From positions 372,001 to 436,000 of the forward strand of contig QPMI01000477.1 of assembly GCA_004431415.1 (NCBI GenBank): DNA of 64,000 nucleotides, in the 5' to 3' direction. Of the stretch, positions 39,675 to 51,221 are shown in pieces (positions within the stretch are counted from its first letter, which is position 1; every line of letters starts with the position of its first letter). The position numbers were made by a program, and so were the translations under genes. Below the pieces are notes generated by a model that worked only from the letters and a program-made list of their open reading frames with translations, had not been told where the DNA came from and did no database searches. This DNA comes from Cyanophora paradoxa CCMP329 (Eukaryota > Plantae > Glaucophyta).

Positions 39675-42409
39675 ATGGATCGCATCGACGACGGCATCCT
39701 CGCCGACGTCCTCTCGCGCCTCCCCGCGCCCGAGCGCTGCCGCTCCGGCCTCTGCTGCCGGCGCTGGCGCGCCCTCGCCGCCAGCCCCGCCGCCTGGCAC
39801 ACCCCGCTCGTCCTCTGGTGCGGCACACATTCTTGAGGCTGCCTCGGCGCGCCCCGACGCGGCCCTTGCAGCCTGTTCGAGGATGAAGACAGGGAGAAGG
39901 CGGCCGAAGGGGCGCGCCGCGTGGGCGGCGTGGCCGTCGCCGCCGCCCTGGCCCCCGGGGCCCTCGCCCACCCTCGCTTCGCCGAGCTGCCGGAGCTCGT
40001 CCTCTACCAGTTCGGCAAGGCGGGCCTGGGCCCCAGCCTGGCCGCCGCCCCGCCCTCGCTCGCCCGCCTCGCCCTGCGCCGGGGCGAGGCCGCCATGCCC
40101 CGGGGCCCGCCATGCCAAGCCGAAGAGGAGGAGGAGGAAGAGGAAGACCCGGACGACGAGGACGAGCAGCTGGACGAGGCTAGGCTCGACCTTTCGGGCG
40201 CCGGCGCCTTCCTGGCGCGCTTCGACGCCCTCCGCGAGGTGGAGTTCGGGCGCGCGTCGGCGTCGGACGCCGCCGCCGCCGCCGCTGGCGCGCAGTGCCC
40301 CGCCACGGCACTCCGCGGCCGCCTCGAGTGCGCGGGTGAGCACCGCCCCCGGAGGCCGCTCCAGGCCCCTGTACCCCCCGGGCCCTCCCCTCCTTCCCCC
40401 CCCCCCCCCCCCGAGGGGCCCCGACTCCAGGGCGCAGGGAAGGAGGACATCGCCGCCCTCCGCAGGGCCTTCCCCAAGGTACCCCCCCCCCCTTCTCCCC
40501 CCCCGGAAGGACGTGGAAGGCCTTCTTAGCCTCCCCCCCCTCCCCCCCTTCTGAGCCCTTCTGAGCCCCCCCTCGCCCCCCCCCTCCCCGCCCTCAGGTC
40601 CAGCGGGCGGACGCGGTGCTGGACGGCCGGGGCGCCCCTTCGCCCGCGCCGTCGCCCGCGCCGCCCCCTGGGCCGCCGCCGCCGCCCTCTTCGGTCCGTC
40701 CCCCGTACCCACCCCTTCCCCCCGCCTCCCCTCCCCTCCCATGATCTCGAGAGCCTTCTAGAGCTCATGATCAATTCGAATCTCGAGAGAGCCTCAGCTC
40801 GAGCTTCATGTTAAGCTAGCAGCGATCCCGCATCCTCCCGGTCGCCTCCAGCGCTCCTCTTCTTCAGCGTCTGACGAGGCGCCGACGGCCCCGCCGCGCC
40901 GCCTCAGACGACGAGGACGAGCCCGAAGACCTCTCCGTCGCCCTCAAGGCCTGCGTCCGGGCCAGTACCCCCCACCCCCCCCCCCCCCATTCCCCCCATC
41001 CCCAATTCGCCGTACATCCGGTCCCCTCCTCCCCGAATCAAATCAAACAGCCTAACCGCCGTACGGGTACCTCCGTCGTCCCTCCGCCCGCCACACCCGC
41101 CACCCAAACGCCGCGCCCCCTCCGCGACAGCTGATATGGATGCGCGCGTCCTGCAGGCGGGGGTACGGCACCTGGACCTCTTCACGGAGATGAGCGCGAA
41201 GGAGCTCGCCGGCTGCCTCGCGGGGTACGCCCTCGTATCGGGGAGGGGGGTACGAGGTTTTCAAGGTCAAATGGGGTACCAGGCTTCGCTCCTTCACATT
41301 CCTGTACTCCGAGTCGACGGCGGACGAGCTCTTCCCCTGGCTCGAATCCGCCGGTACCCGCTTTGTCATTCGCTATCGAGTACCCCCGACTTCCCTCTTT
41401 CCTCACGGGCGCGCAGAGGCCGGCTTGGCGGCTAGCCTCGAGTGCTTGGACCTCCACTCATCCGCCGGTCTGCGGGGGTACGTCCTCTTACTTTACCCCC
41501 CCCCCCCCCTCCCCCTGCCCTCCTCTCACTCTACCATGCACCGCTTAAACGGGACGCAGATTCGGGCCCGAGCGGGTCCTTTCGACTGTCTCCAAGATGC
41601 CGAGGCTGCGCCGCCTGCGGCTGAGGAAGCCGCCCCGCACGGACGGCTGGCCCGCACTCTTCTCAGGCCTGGCGGACGCGTGCCCCGCCCTGCTCGAGCT
41701 GGAGACGGCCGAGGCGGACGAGTGGCGGCGGCGGCTGGGCGCCGCCCGCTGGGCGCCCTGCGCCGCGCCCTTTGCGGAGCTCCAGGCGGCCCTCGCCCGC
41801 CGGCACCGCGGGGCCCCGCCGCCCTCCGAGCGGCCCGCGTCCCCGTGCGTCCCGCCCCCGCCTAATCATCGGATCGCTCCCGATTCAAATGCATGCGGCG
41901 CCGGCTGACTGGAAACTAAACAGCCCCCTCGGGACTTGAAGAGGAAGGGACCCGACGGCGACAGCGACGGGGGTACGGAGGACGAGGACGAGGACGACGA
42001 CGACGACGAGGACGGAGGCAGAGGCGGAGGCGGAGGTGGCCCGGGTGCCAGCCGCGGCCGGCCCGCCGGCGCGGCCGGGCAGGCCGGCGCCGCGCGCCCG
42101 CCCCCGCGCTCCCGCGCGGTCCCGACTGCGGCCCGGCCGAACGCGAAGGCGAAGCCGGCGTGCCAGTACGGGGCGGCGTGCTACCGGAAGAACCCGCAGC
42201 ACCTCGCCGAGTTCTCGCACCCGGGCCGCCCCGACCCTGGCGCCACCGCCGCCGCCCCCCCCCCGGCCGCCCCCTGCCCCCCTGCCAGTACGGCGCCGCC
42301 TGCTACAGGCGCAACCCGGACGTGCGCTCCCCCCCCCCCCCCCTCCCCTCTTGACCTGACGAGCTCGAGCCCGCAGCACCTGCGGGAGTTCTGGCACCCG
42401 CCTAAGTAG
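39675..42409 (+). CDS. F-box / LRR-like protein with an acidic tract and two C-terminal PBZ (zf-CCHH, PAR-binding) zinc fingers
   Basis: F-box MDRIDDGILADVLSRLPAPERCRSGLCCRRWRALAASPAAW; LRR-like strands (LARLALR, LREVEF, VRHLDL, LRSFTF, LECLDL, MPRLRRLRL, CPALLELE); CQYGAACYRKNPQHLAEFSHP (42161-42223) and CQYGAACYRRNP/QHLREFWHP. Joining all exons into one gene is inferred. Confidence 0.75.
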
Positions 42410-42915
42410 CCGGATCGAGGCCTGTGCTTCGACGTCACTGTACACGAAGAGAACAAGCAGAGGTGGCTGTTGCTGACTACTTGTGCGTCCTTGCGATGTA
42501 CGCCTACGATAACAGAACGAATTAAAAGTCTGAAAACGACATATACTGAAAGATCTAGCCTAGTAGACGCTTTACAACTAAAATCCAGAGAACAAATCTC
42601 GCATATGAAATGCGTATATACTCGAGACTTCGAGTGCGGATTACACAAAGATCTAGCTGTAACGGGGTTCGGCCGGCGTCCCAGTCGACGTCCAGGCCGG
42701 AAATCAACGCGTACCCGAAACTCAGAGAGCAACACTCTTTCAGAGTGCACTTTGAGATATACATAAATTTAGATCGTATTGTTACGTTCTGTACAGCTAA
42801 CGGTACGTTCTGTTTAGCATACAAATATTAATGAAATGAATATTCGATCCGGAAACGCGATATTACACTGCATTGTAATTCAAGGCGAATCGAAACGGTG
42901 CGATATTACGTGTAA

Positions 42916-45900
42916 TTACGGTCGGACGACGGGGATCTCCCAGGCGAGGCGCGACTCGACCCCGAAGCCGTAGGCGCAGGTGAGCATCACGCTGTACGTC
43001 CGCACCGTCGAGCCCGGCGCCCCCGCGAAACTGCGCGAAAAATCAATCACAGAGAAGGAGGAACGCTGGAGCTGAAGTAACGCGCACCTGGGGTCGACGT
43101 AGGGGCTGAGCTGGACGGCGGCGAGGTCCGAGGCGCACGTCTGGTTCCAAAGGGCGTAGGGCGAGCCGGCGAGGACGAGGCGCCCGTCGATGCTCGCCTG
43201 CGCGTCGCCCGTCTGCCGCACCGACAGGCGGCACAGCTTGGCGTGGTCGGGGCACGAGTCCGCAAAGGCGTAGCTGCCCGGAACAGATTTAAATTAGATC
43301 GTGATTTGAACGAAGATGCGGATTTCAAGTTCGCTGACCGCAGGGAAACGGTGACGAGGGCGGGCCGGCCGCCGACGACGCCGGCCAGCGTCGCGGGCGT
43401 CGCCGTCTCTCCGCTCGCGTACGCGTGCTGCGGCGCCTCGCCGCGCCGCACGACGAGCTTGATGGGGCATTCCGCTCCATTGGGAACGGCGGAGGAGTAG
43501 AGGCGGAGGACGTACGTCTCCCCGGCGGCGAGCTGCGAGGGGACGAGGATTATCTTCCGATCCGAAAAGATTAATATAATTACGTCTAGATCTAGGCAAG
43601 TCAATAACAATATAGGCAAGACAGCAGCGCGGCCGAGGGTTTTTTGGGGGGAATTAGGTCTAGTTTTGGGCAGGAGACGGCGGCACGCGCCGGAGTCCCC
43701 GAGGCGATGCTCTGCGTGAGGGATAACGAGGCAGAAATGGGCCGCATGCACGACGCGTCGAACGTGACCTGCGCATGCGATGGCGTCGGAAGTTGAACTC
43801 GAATTTCATATTTCTGCTGCTACTCGCGATTGCACCTGGGGCTTGAAATCGGGGGCGTTCGCGGTGCACTGGTTCGGCGCCACAGTCACTTCCTGGTTCC
43901 GTGCGGGGCACCCCTGCTCAGTTGCGCGATCAGTGCAGGTCGAATGATCATGACGTGCGCTCAATTTCACAGCGCACGGCCTGGGCAAGCGGGCCGTCCC
44001 GATCGACGACGGTGAGGGCGAAGGTGCAGTTGCCGCGCGGGCCCTTGCCCGAGTTGTTCGTGATGCTGAACTGGACCTGCGTCGTCCCGGTGCCCGAGCT
44101 CGGAAGGAACGCGTTGGTCCAGGCGCTGTTGGTCGGATACTGTTGAATGGCGGGCAGGAGGGGAGTGTCCACAGCCGGGCTTTGCGTCAGGGCTGCGACA
44201 CGCGTGAGATGCAAATTCAAAAATGTAGTAACACTGAAAGTACGCGCTGATGTTGGTGCCCCAATCGGCGAAGAGGAATCGGCGCAGGTCGGGCACCCGG
44301 GAGCCGCAGACGCGCTGCCCGTTGAATGTAACCGGCTCGAGGCGCGACACGGTCATGGGCCCCGGGCACTGGACGCTGTAGTACGCCGCCGGCGCCGCGT
44401 AGGGGAAGCACTGCTCGCCGGAGCCGGAGCCGGGGTTCGAGAGGCCCACATAGACTGGGCTCGGGGTAGGCCGCGGGGCAGCAGTGTAGGTCCCGTTGCA
44501 TTCGGCGTCGCTGACGGTGAGGGTGAAGTTGCCCGTCTGTGTGCTGGTGATTGTGCCCTCCACGACGACGTAGTAGTTAGAGGAAATTGGAAAGTAGTAC
44601 TCGGTTGCTGTAATTTCGCAGCCGGCAGCTGCGCAGCCAGGAATATTGATCTTTAGAATTCGAATTCGAATGTTTCACAGAGGCGCACTCTGCTTCAAAA
44701 GGAAGGCATTCGTGGTGCTTGGGCAGCCGAGATAAAAGTACAGCGCAGGCACGAAGTCAAGATCGGGCGAGCATATCGCGATTCGAATGTCCCGCCTACA
44801 CGGCAAAGGGAGAAGAGGTCAGCGGCAGTCAGTCTATGGCGCTCTCGCATCGAACCTGCTCGTCTGAAGGTCTGTTAAGCGATAGATCGCCTGACGGCCG
44901 CCGATGCCGACTGTCACCGGCCACTCGCGCAGTGAGGACGTCGCCGAGCCGCAAAACGAGAGCGCCGCTGATTGCGTAGTTGAAGAGCAAACATTGGCTG
45001 TATTCGAAGCCGATTGCAAAGCATAAACAACTGAATTCATGAATGAAATATTTTTGAATCAGGCTTACGCGTCCGTGACTCCGGAGATGACATTTGCTGC
45101 CAGCAGTAGGCCTCTTTACCAGAAAACGACACCGAAGTTGGACCATATGCATAGTTATCAGAAAAGAGCATCTCAGTGATCGGAGACGATCGTCGGAACA
45201 GGATGACCAGGTAGTACGTTCCCGCAAGCAAACCGCGGGTCCCAGAGAATGAGGTCTCATAACTGTACGAGTCGAGCGTTCCTGTACGAGTCGAGCGTTC
45301 GAGCGAATTATTAGGGGCTGCAAAAAATCGTTACATAATTAGATGGATTACGCACTACTAAAGATAGTTCGGGCCCTGGGAGACGTCGGACAATCGTCGA
45401 AAAGGATAGCGCTAGCATAACCATAAGAAGAGCTAGCGCTAAACGCCGGGAAACGCAAATTATAAAACTGCACATTGATGCTGCATATATATAAAAAAAG
45501 TTAGTTGTAATATAATGATGGAATTCGAATGCATGTAATGCACCCTGGTGGAATTGTCGGTAGGAGAACTCGGATGATGACGCTCCGGTGGTAATACCCC
45601 GAAGGCACAAGTGACTGCAAAGACATTCCAAGAGCTTGATTGTTCTGTTGTGTCGACACAACCACAGCGCGCCCGCATGTAGGAAGCTCCAAGGCGCTAC
45701 AAGTCTGTCCCGAATGCGTGCTAGTAGCAAGCTCGCCTCCAGGCGGGGCCCCACAAGAATCGTCGTTTGGGTCAATGTCCAAGCGGAATTCGCGTGAGTT
45801 CTGACCCTTCGAATCCGAATCGCAAAATATATGTGAGTGAGCATAAGCGACGGAGACAAAAAGTATGCGCAAGGCACAAAGCTCTATGAACCTGAATCAA

Positions 45901-48900
45901 GACATAGTATGTTCCGGCCTTGAGCGTGAAGGGGTAGCTAGTTATTCGATCTATCAACATCAATATCAGATACCTATTTATGCCAATAGCATATTTCAAA
46001 CTGAAATTGTTTTCGAACTAATTGAGGCCAGCATCTCCAAAAGCCATATGGCGCACCTTGAAGAAAATTTTGATTTGTTGTGTACGAAAAAGAACTCCCC
46101 ATATTGGGATAGCTTAGGCGTTGGGAGGATGGCATGTTGGGCGAGCCGATAAAGAGGATCAGTTCGGGAGCCGCGAAATTGGAGTAATTTCCTGCAGTTA
46201 TTCGAAAAGATTTTCTGCGTATGCATGTTCGGAATGGGTTTCAATCACATGTACAATAAGTGTACATGTCGACAAAAAATGTTTGACCTGTCTTCTTCGA
46301 CTCGCAGACGGGCTACAAATGCGCCCCCAGTTTTCGAGAAAGTATCGAAAACACCAAGATACGCGTGGAAGCCACTAGTCGGGTGGGGGACCCACTGATA
46401 CCAAACATTAGACCAAACGATGACGGATCGGGATAACTCCTTAGGCATGTCTTCGAGAGTCTTCCGAAGCGATGAGCATCCGGCTGCAGAAATCGTCGCT
46501 TGTACTAGACTCGAGTTGTACGCGGGTGAAGCCAAAGTGGAGACGAAACCTGCCGTAGTACATATTCGTTAACATGCGTCGTTAACAGGTTTATTGAATA
46601 CGATACATACCAGGGAGCGTTAGGTTCCTCAAGCTGAGAAGACGGTCAGGGCTTCCGGCTCGAAGGCTTGAACCAACTAAAGCCCCTTGAAGCGCTCCGT
46701 CTTTTACGGCGGACTCGACCGTCTATGGAAAGTGTGAGCAGACAACTCGGCAATATATTGTGGGGCCGGATGTGAGCGATTCGAATTTGCACCGCGACAG
46801 TGGCGGACGGGAACGCCTGACGGTAGAGGGCGACCACGCCCGCAGCGAGGGCAGCAGAGAAGGAAGTCCCGTGCACGACGGATCGGTCCGCAGAGAAGCC
46901 TTGCAAGTACGTGCAGCTGGTGCCACTCGACAACAAATGGCAAGTGCTCCTCGGAACATCGTAAGGCCGCATTGCCGCGAGGATGTTCTGTCCCGGGGCG
47001 AAGAGGGAAATGCAGGAGCCCCAGTTGGAGAAGCCGGCGCGGTAGTCGTCCTGGTCGCTCGCCCCGACGTTGATCACCCCCGGCGTGTTGCCTGTGCTTT
47101 CTTAGAAGACTGTAAAAAAGCTCTAAAATGGGCTGCAGCTGTTCATATACGCAAATGCTTAATTTGATTTCGCATACCTGGCATGGCAGTGCAACTGATC
47201 ATGATCATATCAAAAAGGCGTGAATTAAACAAGCCGAAGGCATTAATATTCCCGGTGATGGCAAATCTGATTCATACCTATCTTTGGCATCGTTTCCGGC
47301 AGCCTAAGTATACGTTAGTCTTCTGATCAAACACATGCATAAGAATAAAGTGGAAGCTCCCCGCGCGCACCGTGACTACGACAGCACCCGCGTTTCGAAG
47401 ACTGTTCGAATTCGGCATAAGTGATCATGCAATTAAATCACTTCTGTATGGAAGAAAAAGCGCTGACCGAGTGACGGCATCCGTGTACGCAGGATCCACC
47501 GTGAGGGAGTTCGCGTCGGATAAGGCGGCGGAGTCGACACCAAGAAGAATGACCGCCTTGCGGTCCGTGCGGCTGTTCATGCTCGCGATTGCCGCGTCGA
47601 TGCCTGGCCATGCATATTATAATTGCGCGAAGAATCACCCCATGGCCAGCAAAGTTTCATTCGAGCAAAGTTGCGGCTGTGGATCGATTCTCTAAACTCA
47701 CCCGCGATGACATTGCTGCTTGAAGTGAACGCGAGGCATTCGCTTGCCGGGTTGCTCCTGTCCGAACGAGTGAAAACTGCGTTTTTCGGTTTCAGAGCTT
47801 GAGACTGCAGTCTTGAGATGCACGAACACTTTACAAATACCTTTTAGTGCAAGAACGGTCGCCCCTGGCGCTGCTCCCAGAGTGCGACCGGCGGCGACCT
47901 GGCAGCGGTTCGTGTATTATTTAGTTCATGCCAGCTGCAGGGAAGACAGAGTGGGTACGCACGGAAGCGACGGCGGTGCCATGGGACTGCGTGGAGCACT
48001 CGGCGGCCCAGTGCTCGCTGCTCGACGAATACATGGCCGAGTCGACGTCGAAGAGGCGAACCTGCGCAATCCGGCGCGCTCAGAGTTCAGAATTCGGACT
48101 AGAAAGGCCGAGGTTGCGCACCACGCGGGAGCCGAACTCGGTGTGGTTTGCGACAATGCCCGTGTCCAGCACGTAGATGTCAACGTTGGTGCCGTCCACC
48201 GTGCCCCGGTGGTACTTCCCGTCCAGCGGCTTCGAACCGTCCAGCCTGCAATGCCATGACGTGTCAGCGGAGAGTAACTCCGCTTCGGCGAAGATCTCAT
48301 TCATGAATTACTGATCGAGGTGCCACGCGGAAAGATTCGCGGCCCAGGGCGGGCTCCGCATGAGCGGCCGCGCGGCCTCGGCAGTGGTCCAATCGGGGGC
48401 AGGCGTCGCAGTTGGGAAGAACGGGTCCGAGGTAGATTGAGCGGGCATCAGCACCTGCCGGCCGCGCAAAGATATTCAACCTTAGAGATTTATGCTGAGC
48501 ACTCATGATCACTAGTACTGGCTCTGGGGCGCACCCTGTCCGGGACGACAAAGCTAACGTCTTCGTGCGCTGTCAGCTCCGCCCGCACCTCCGGCGTCAG
48601 CCTGCGCCCCATGATCATGAGCTGGAGGCGCTGACCATTGTCGGAGACTAGAGAGGCCTGACCTGGCGGAGAAGCCGCGGAGGGCGTGCGAGAAGGAGCG
48701 CGTGACCTCGACGTGCCCCTCCTCCTTCCCGTGCTTGGCCCGCGCCGTCGCCCGCGCGTGCGACTTGACCCGCTCCACGTGCTTCTCCGTCGCGTGGCCC
48801 CGGAGCCCCTGATCGCCATCGGATTCTTAGCAGAAACGAAGTGAAAGAATATCTAATTTGATACAAAGGACGGACCACGATGTAGTGGTGCTCGAGCGAG

Positions 48901-49596
48901 GCGCCGTGGCGCTCGATCGCGGCGGCCACCTCCGGGCTCGTGTCTCGCAAGTGTGACATCGACATCGCCGCCGCGCCAATGACACGCGGAGCTGCGCAGG
49001 CGATCGCGAGGTCAGGCGTAGGACTGGGACCGCCACTGCGATTTGCTGATAATAAGCATGTCGCAGTGCCCTAAAGCTGCGTATACGCATGCATATGCCC
49101 CTATATCATGCATATGAGCCTCGCGATCGTGATCACCCCGCAAGCTGGTACCTTCATTCGGCTGCTCCGCTGCGAGATCTGTCCCTGGTCCGCGGCTGCG
49201 GTGCACGTGGCCGTGCTCGTTGACGGCCCTCTCGTTCGAGACGTGAGTGTGGAGCTGCGCCCGGAGGCTCGCCAGCTCTGCCTTGAGGGCCGCCATCGAG
49301 TCTGCGCACGATCAACATGCAAACGGATGAATATCGATCCTGCAGCCGGATGGATCCGATGATCCGTACACACCGGAATTCGAAGCAGACCCATGCGCAG
49401 AAGGATCTTCGGATTCGCTCGCGGGCGCCCGGCCGCGGGGCTCATGCGCATGTTTCTCCTCGCGATCGCCCCCCGCATGCGTCCCCGCCGTCGTGGCGGC
49501 AGCAAGCGAGAGCAGCTGGACCGCCAAGATCGCAAGACCTAGGGCAACCACACGAACGTGGCTGCTGGTGCGATAGCTGCCGATCATGATCGGCAT
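42916..49596 (-). CDS. Secreted S8 subtilisin-like (proteinase K-type) protease with I9 prodomain and long beta-rich C-terminal extension
   Basis: Signal peptide VVALGLAILAVQLLSLAAA; I9-like HYIV...FSHALRGFSAR/LTPE..AELTAHEDVSFVVPD; WHLD/RLD; triad DIYVLDTGI (48158-48166), HGTAVAS (47975-47983), GTSFSA (46862-46870); AAGND; INVGASDQDDYRAGFSNWGSCISLFAPG. Linkage of the distal exons (42.9-46.5 kb) is less certain. Confidence 0.85.
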
Positions 49597-50231
49597 CTGT
49601 ATTCGCACCCCTAAAGCTATATAGCTAGCGATAGCGCTGCTGCGCGCCTGCGTTGACGGCTGAATCCAAATCAGCGCGCGCCGGGCCGGGCCCAGGGGCG
49701 ACCTGCTATATATAACTAGTTGAGATGATCGAGGGGCCGGGGAAGCTTCTGATCGTGCAAGATTGCGGCGCGGCTGACCGCCTCTAGCTAGTACCGTAGT
49801 ACGAGACTGTACTACGGTACCGTATACGTATACCGTAGACTCCGTAGTACGTACGTAGTACCGTAGTACCGCCGCACTACCGCGGGCCCTGCAGCTGCAG
49901 GCTTCACTGGCAGGCTGCAGCTGCCCGGCCCGGCGGTGCCACCGTGCCAGTCACTGCGTGACACTGTGACAGTGAGTGTACGAGTCGAACAGGAGTCACT
50001 AGTACTGACTACTGAGTCACACTGTGACAGCCTCATGCTCACAGGACGACCCTACCGTAGTACTACGGTAGTGCTTAATGAGCCCTACCGCCGGCTACCG
50101 GTAGAATCAGAGCCTACTCAGCCTAGTACCGTTACTACCGTACCGCCCGGCGGCCGCCGACTCGCCGAGTCGCCGACGAGTCGACTGTACCGGTACCGGT
50201 AGCCCCGGCGCCGGCGCCGCCGGGCCGGCGC

Positions 50232-50453
50232 CAGTAATTAATTATAATGCGTTTTTGGACCCCTATATGGATATTAATGCGGTACCGAATTAATGCGGTT
50301 TGAAGACTTTTGGCTGCTGTAAGGGGGTACATACAGCACTTTCTTAGCGTTTCGATATTAATGCGGTCCCAAATTAATGCGTTTTGACAGCGGAAAACGC
50401 ATTAATTTGGGACCGCATTACTTAAGTGCGCGCATTACTTAAGTGTTACACGG
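50232..50453. mobile_element. MITE remnant related to the 17.7 kb element (right TIR intact)
   Basis: Ends TAAGTGTTACACGG|TA and has internal inverted repeats attaatgcggtcccaaattaatgcg / cgcattaatttgggaccgcatta. A fragment of the same family lies at about 14783-14812. Confidence 0.6.
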
Positions 50454-50705
50454 TAGCGCTGCGCATGCGCACTGTCGACGTCACAGTGTGCGCAGCGCTA
50501 GCCGGCCGCGGCCCGGGCCCCCGGCGGCCCCGGCCCCGGGCGGCGGCGCCGGCGGCCGCGGGGCCGGGCGCCGGCGCCGGCGGCCCGGCCGCGGGCCCCG
50601 CCGCGGGCCGGCCGCGGGCCGCGCGCGGCCCGCGGGCCGGGCGCCTGCTCGGGAAACATTGGAAAAAACAAATTGGAAAGCTAGATCTCTCTCAGATCTT
50701 CATGT

Positions 50706-50891
50706 GCCGTGGAGTCAATTTGCCGAATTCGCCCCAAACCGAAATTGCTGTGGCGATAAATTATATAATTATTTGCCGATGGCGGGCTAGCAAATACCTA
50801 CCCCCGCTATTGCCGTACGCCTGATACTAAATTGCCGGCAATTACGGCAATTATTTACCAAGGCTAACTATAAAACTACGCCTATACACGG
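50706..50891. mobile_element. Degenerate MITE, same family as 53982-54224
   Basis: Shares gaattcgccc(c/a)aaac(c/t)g(a/g)aattgc(t/c)gtggcgataaatt, ctaccccc and tacggcaatt blocks with 53982-54224, and ends in CACGG. Confidence 0.5.
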
Positions 50892-50902
50892 ATATATCGA
50901 TA

Positions 50903-51134
50903 CTGTAAACGTACGAATTTCCGCCAGCGTTTAATTTCGACTATATTCGCCAGACCCTCCCGCTGTCGAATATTTGACGCTGTCGAATATTTGACGCTGA
51001 GAGGGGTACCAGCGGCTGACCTCTCTATGGCGAAGTCGCAGGGTGTCGAAATCAAGACGCTGGCGGACTAATTTTCGACAGGATTTTCGGGTTTTGTCGA
51101 ATTAAAGTGCTGGCGGATATTAGTACGTTTACAG
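50903..51134. mobile_element. MITE, 232 bp, TA target duplication
   Basis: TA|CTGTAAACGTACGAATTTCCGCCAGC ... GCTGGCGGATATTAGTACGTTTACAG|TA imperfect TIRs. Confidence 0.85.
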
Positions 51135-51221
51135 TATATCATAGTATCGATCGATCGCGACTCGCAAGGCGTTAACTTTAGTAAATTGTCGCGTACTTAT
51201 AAATATAGAGCTTAAATTAAA

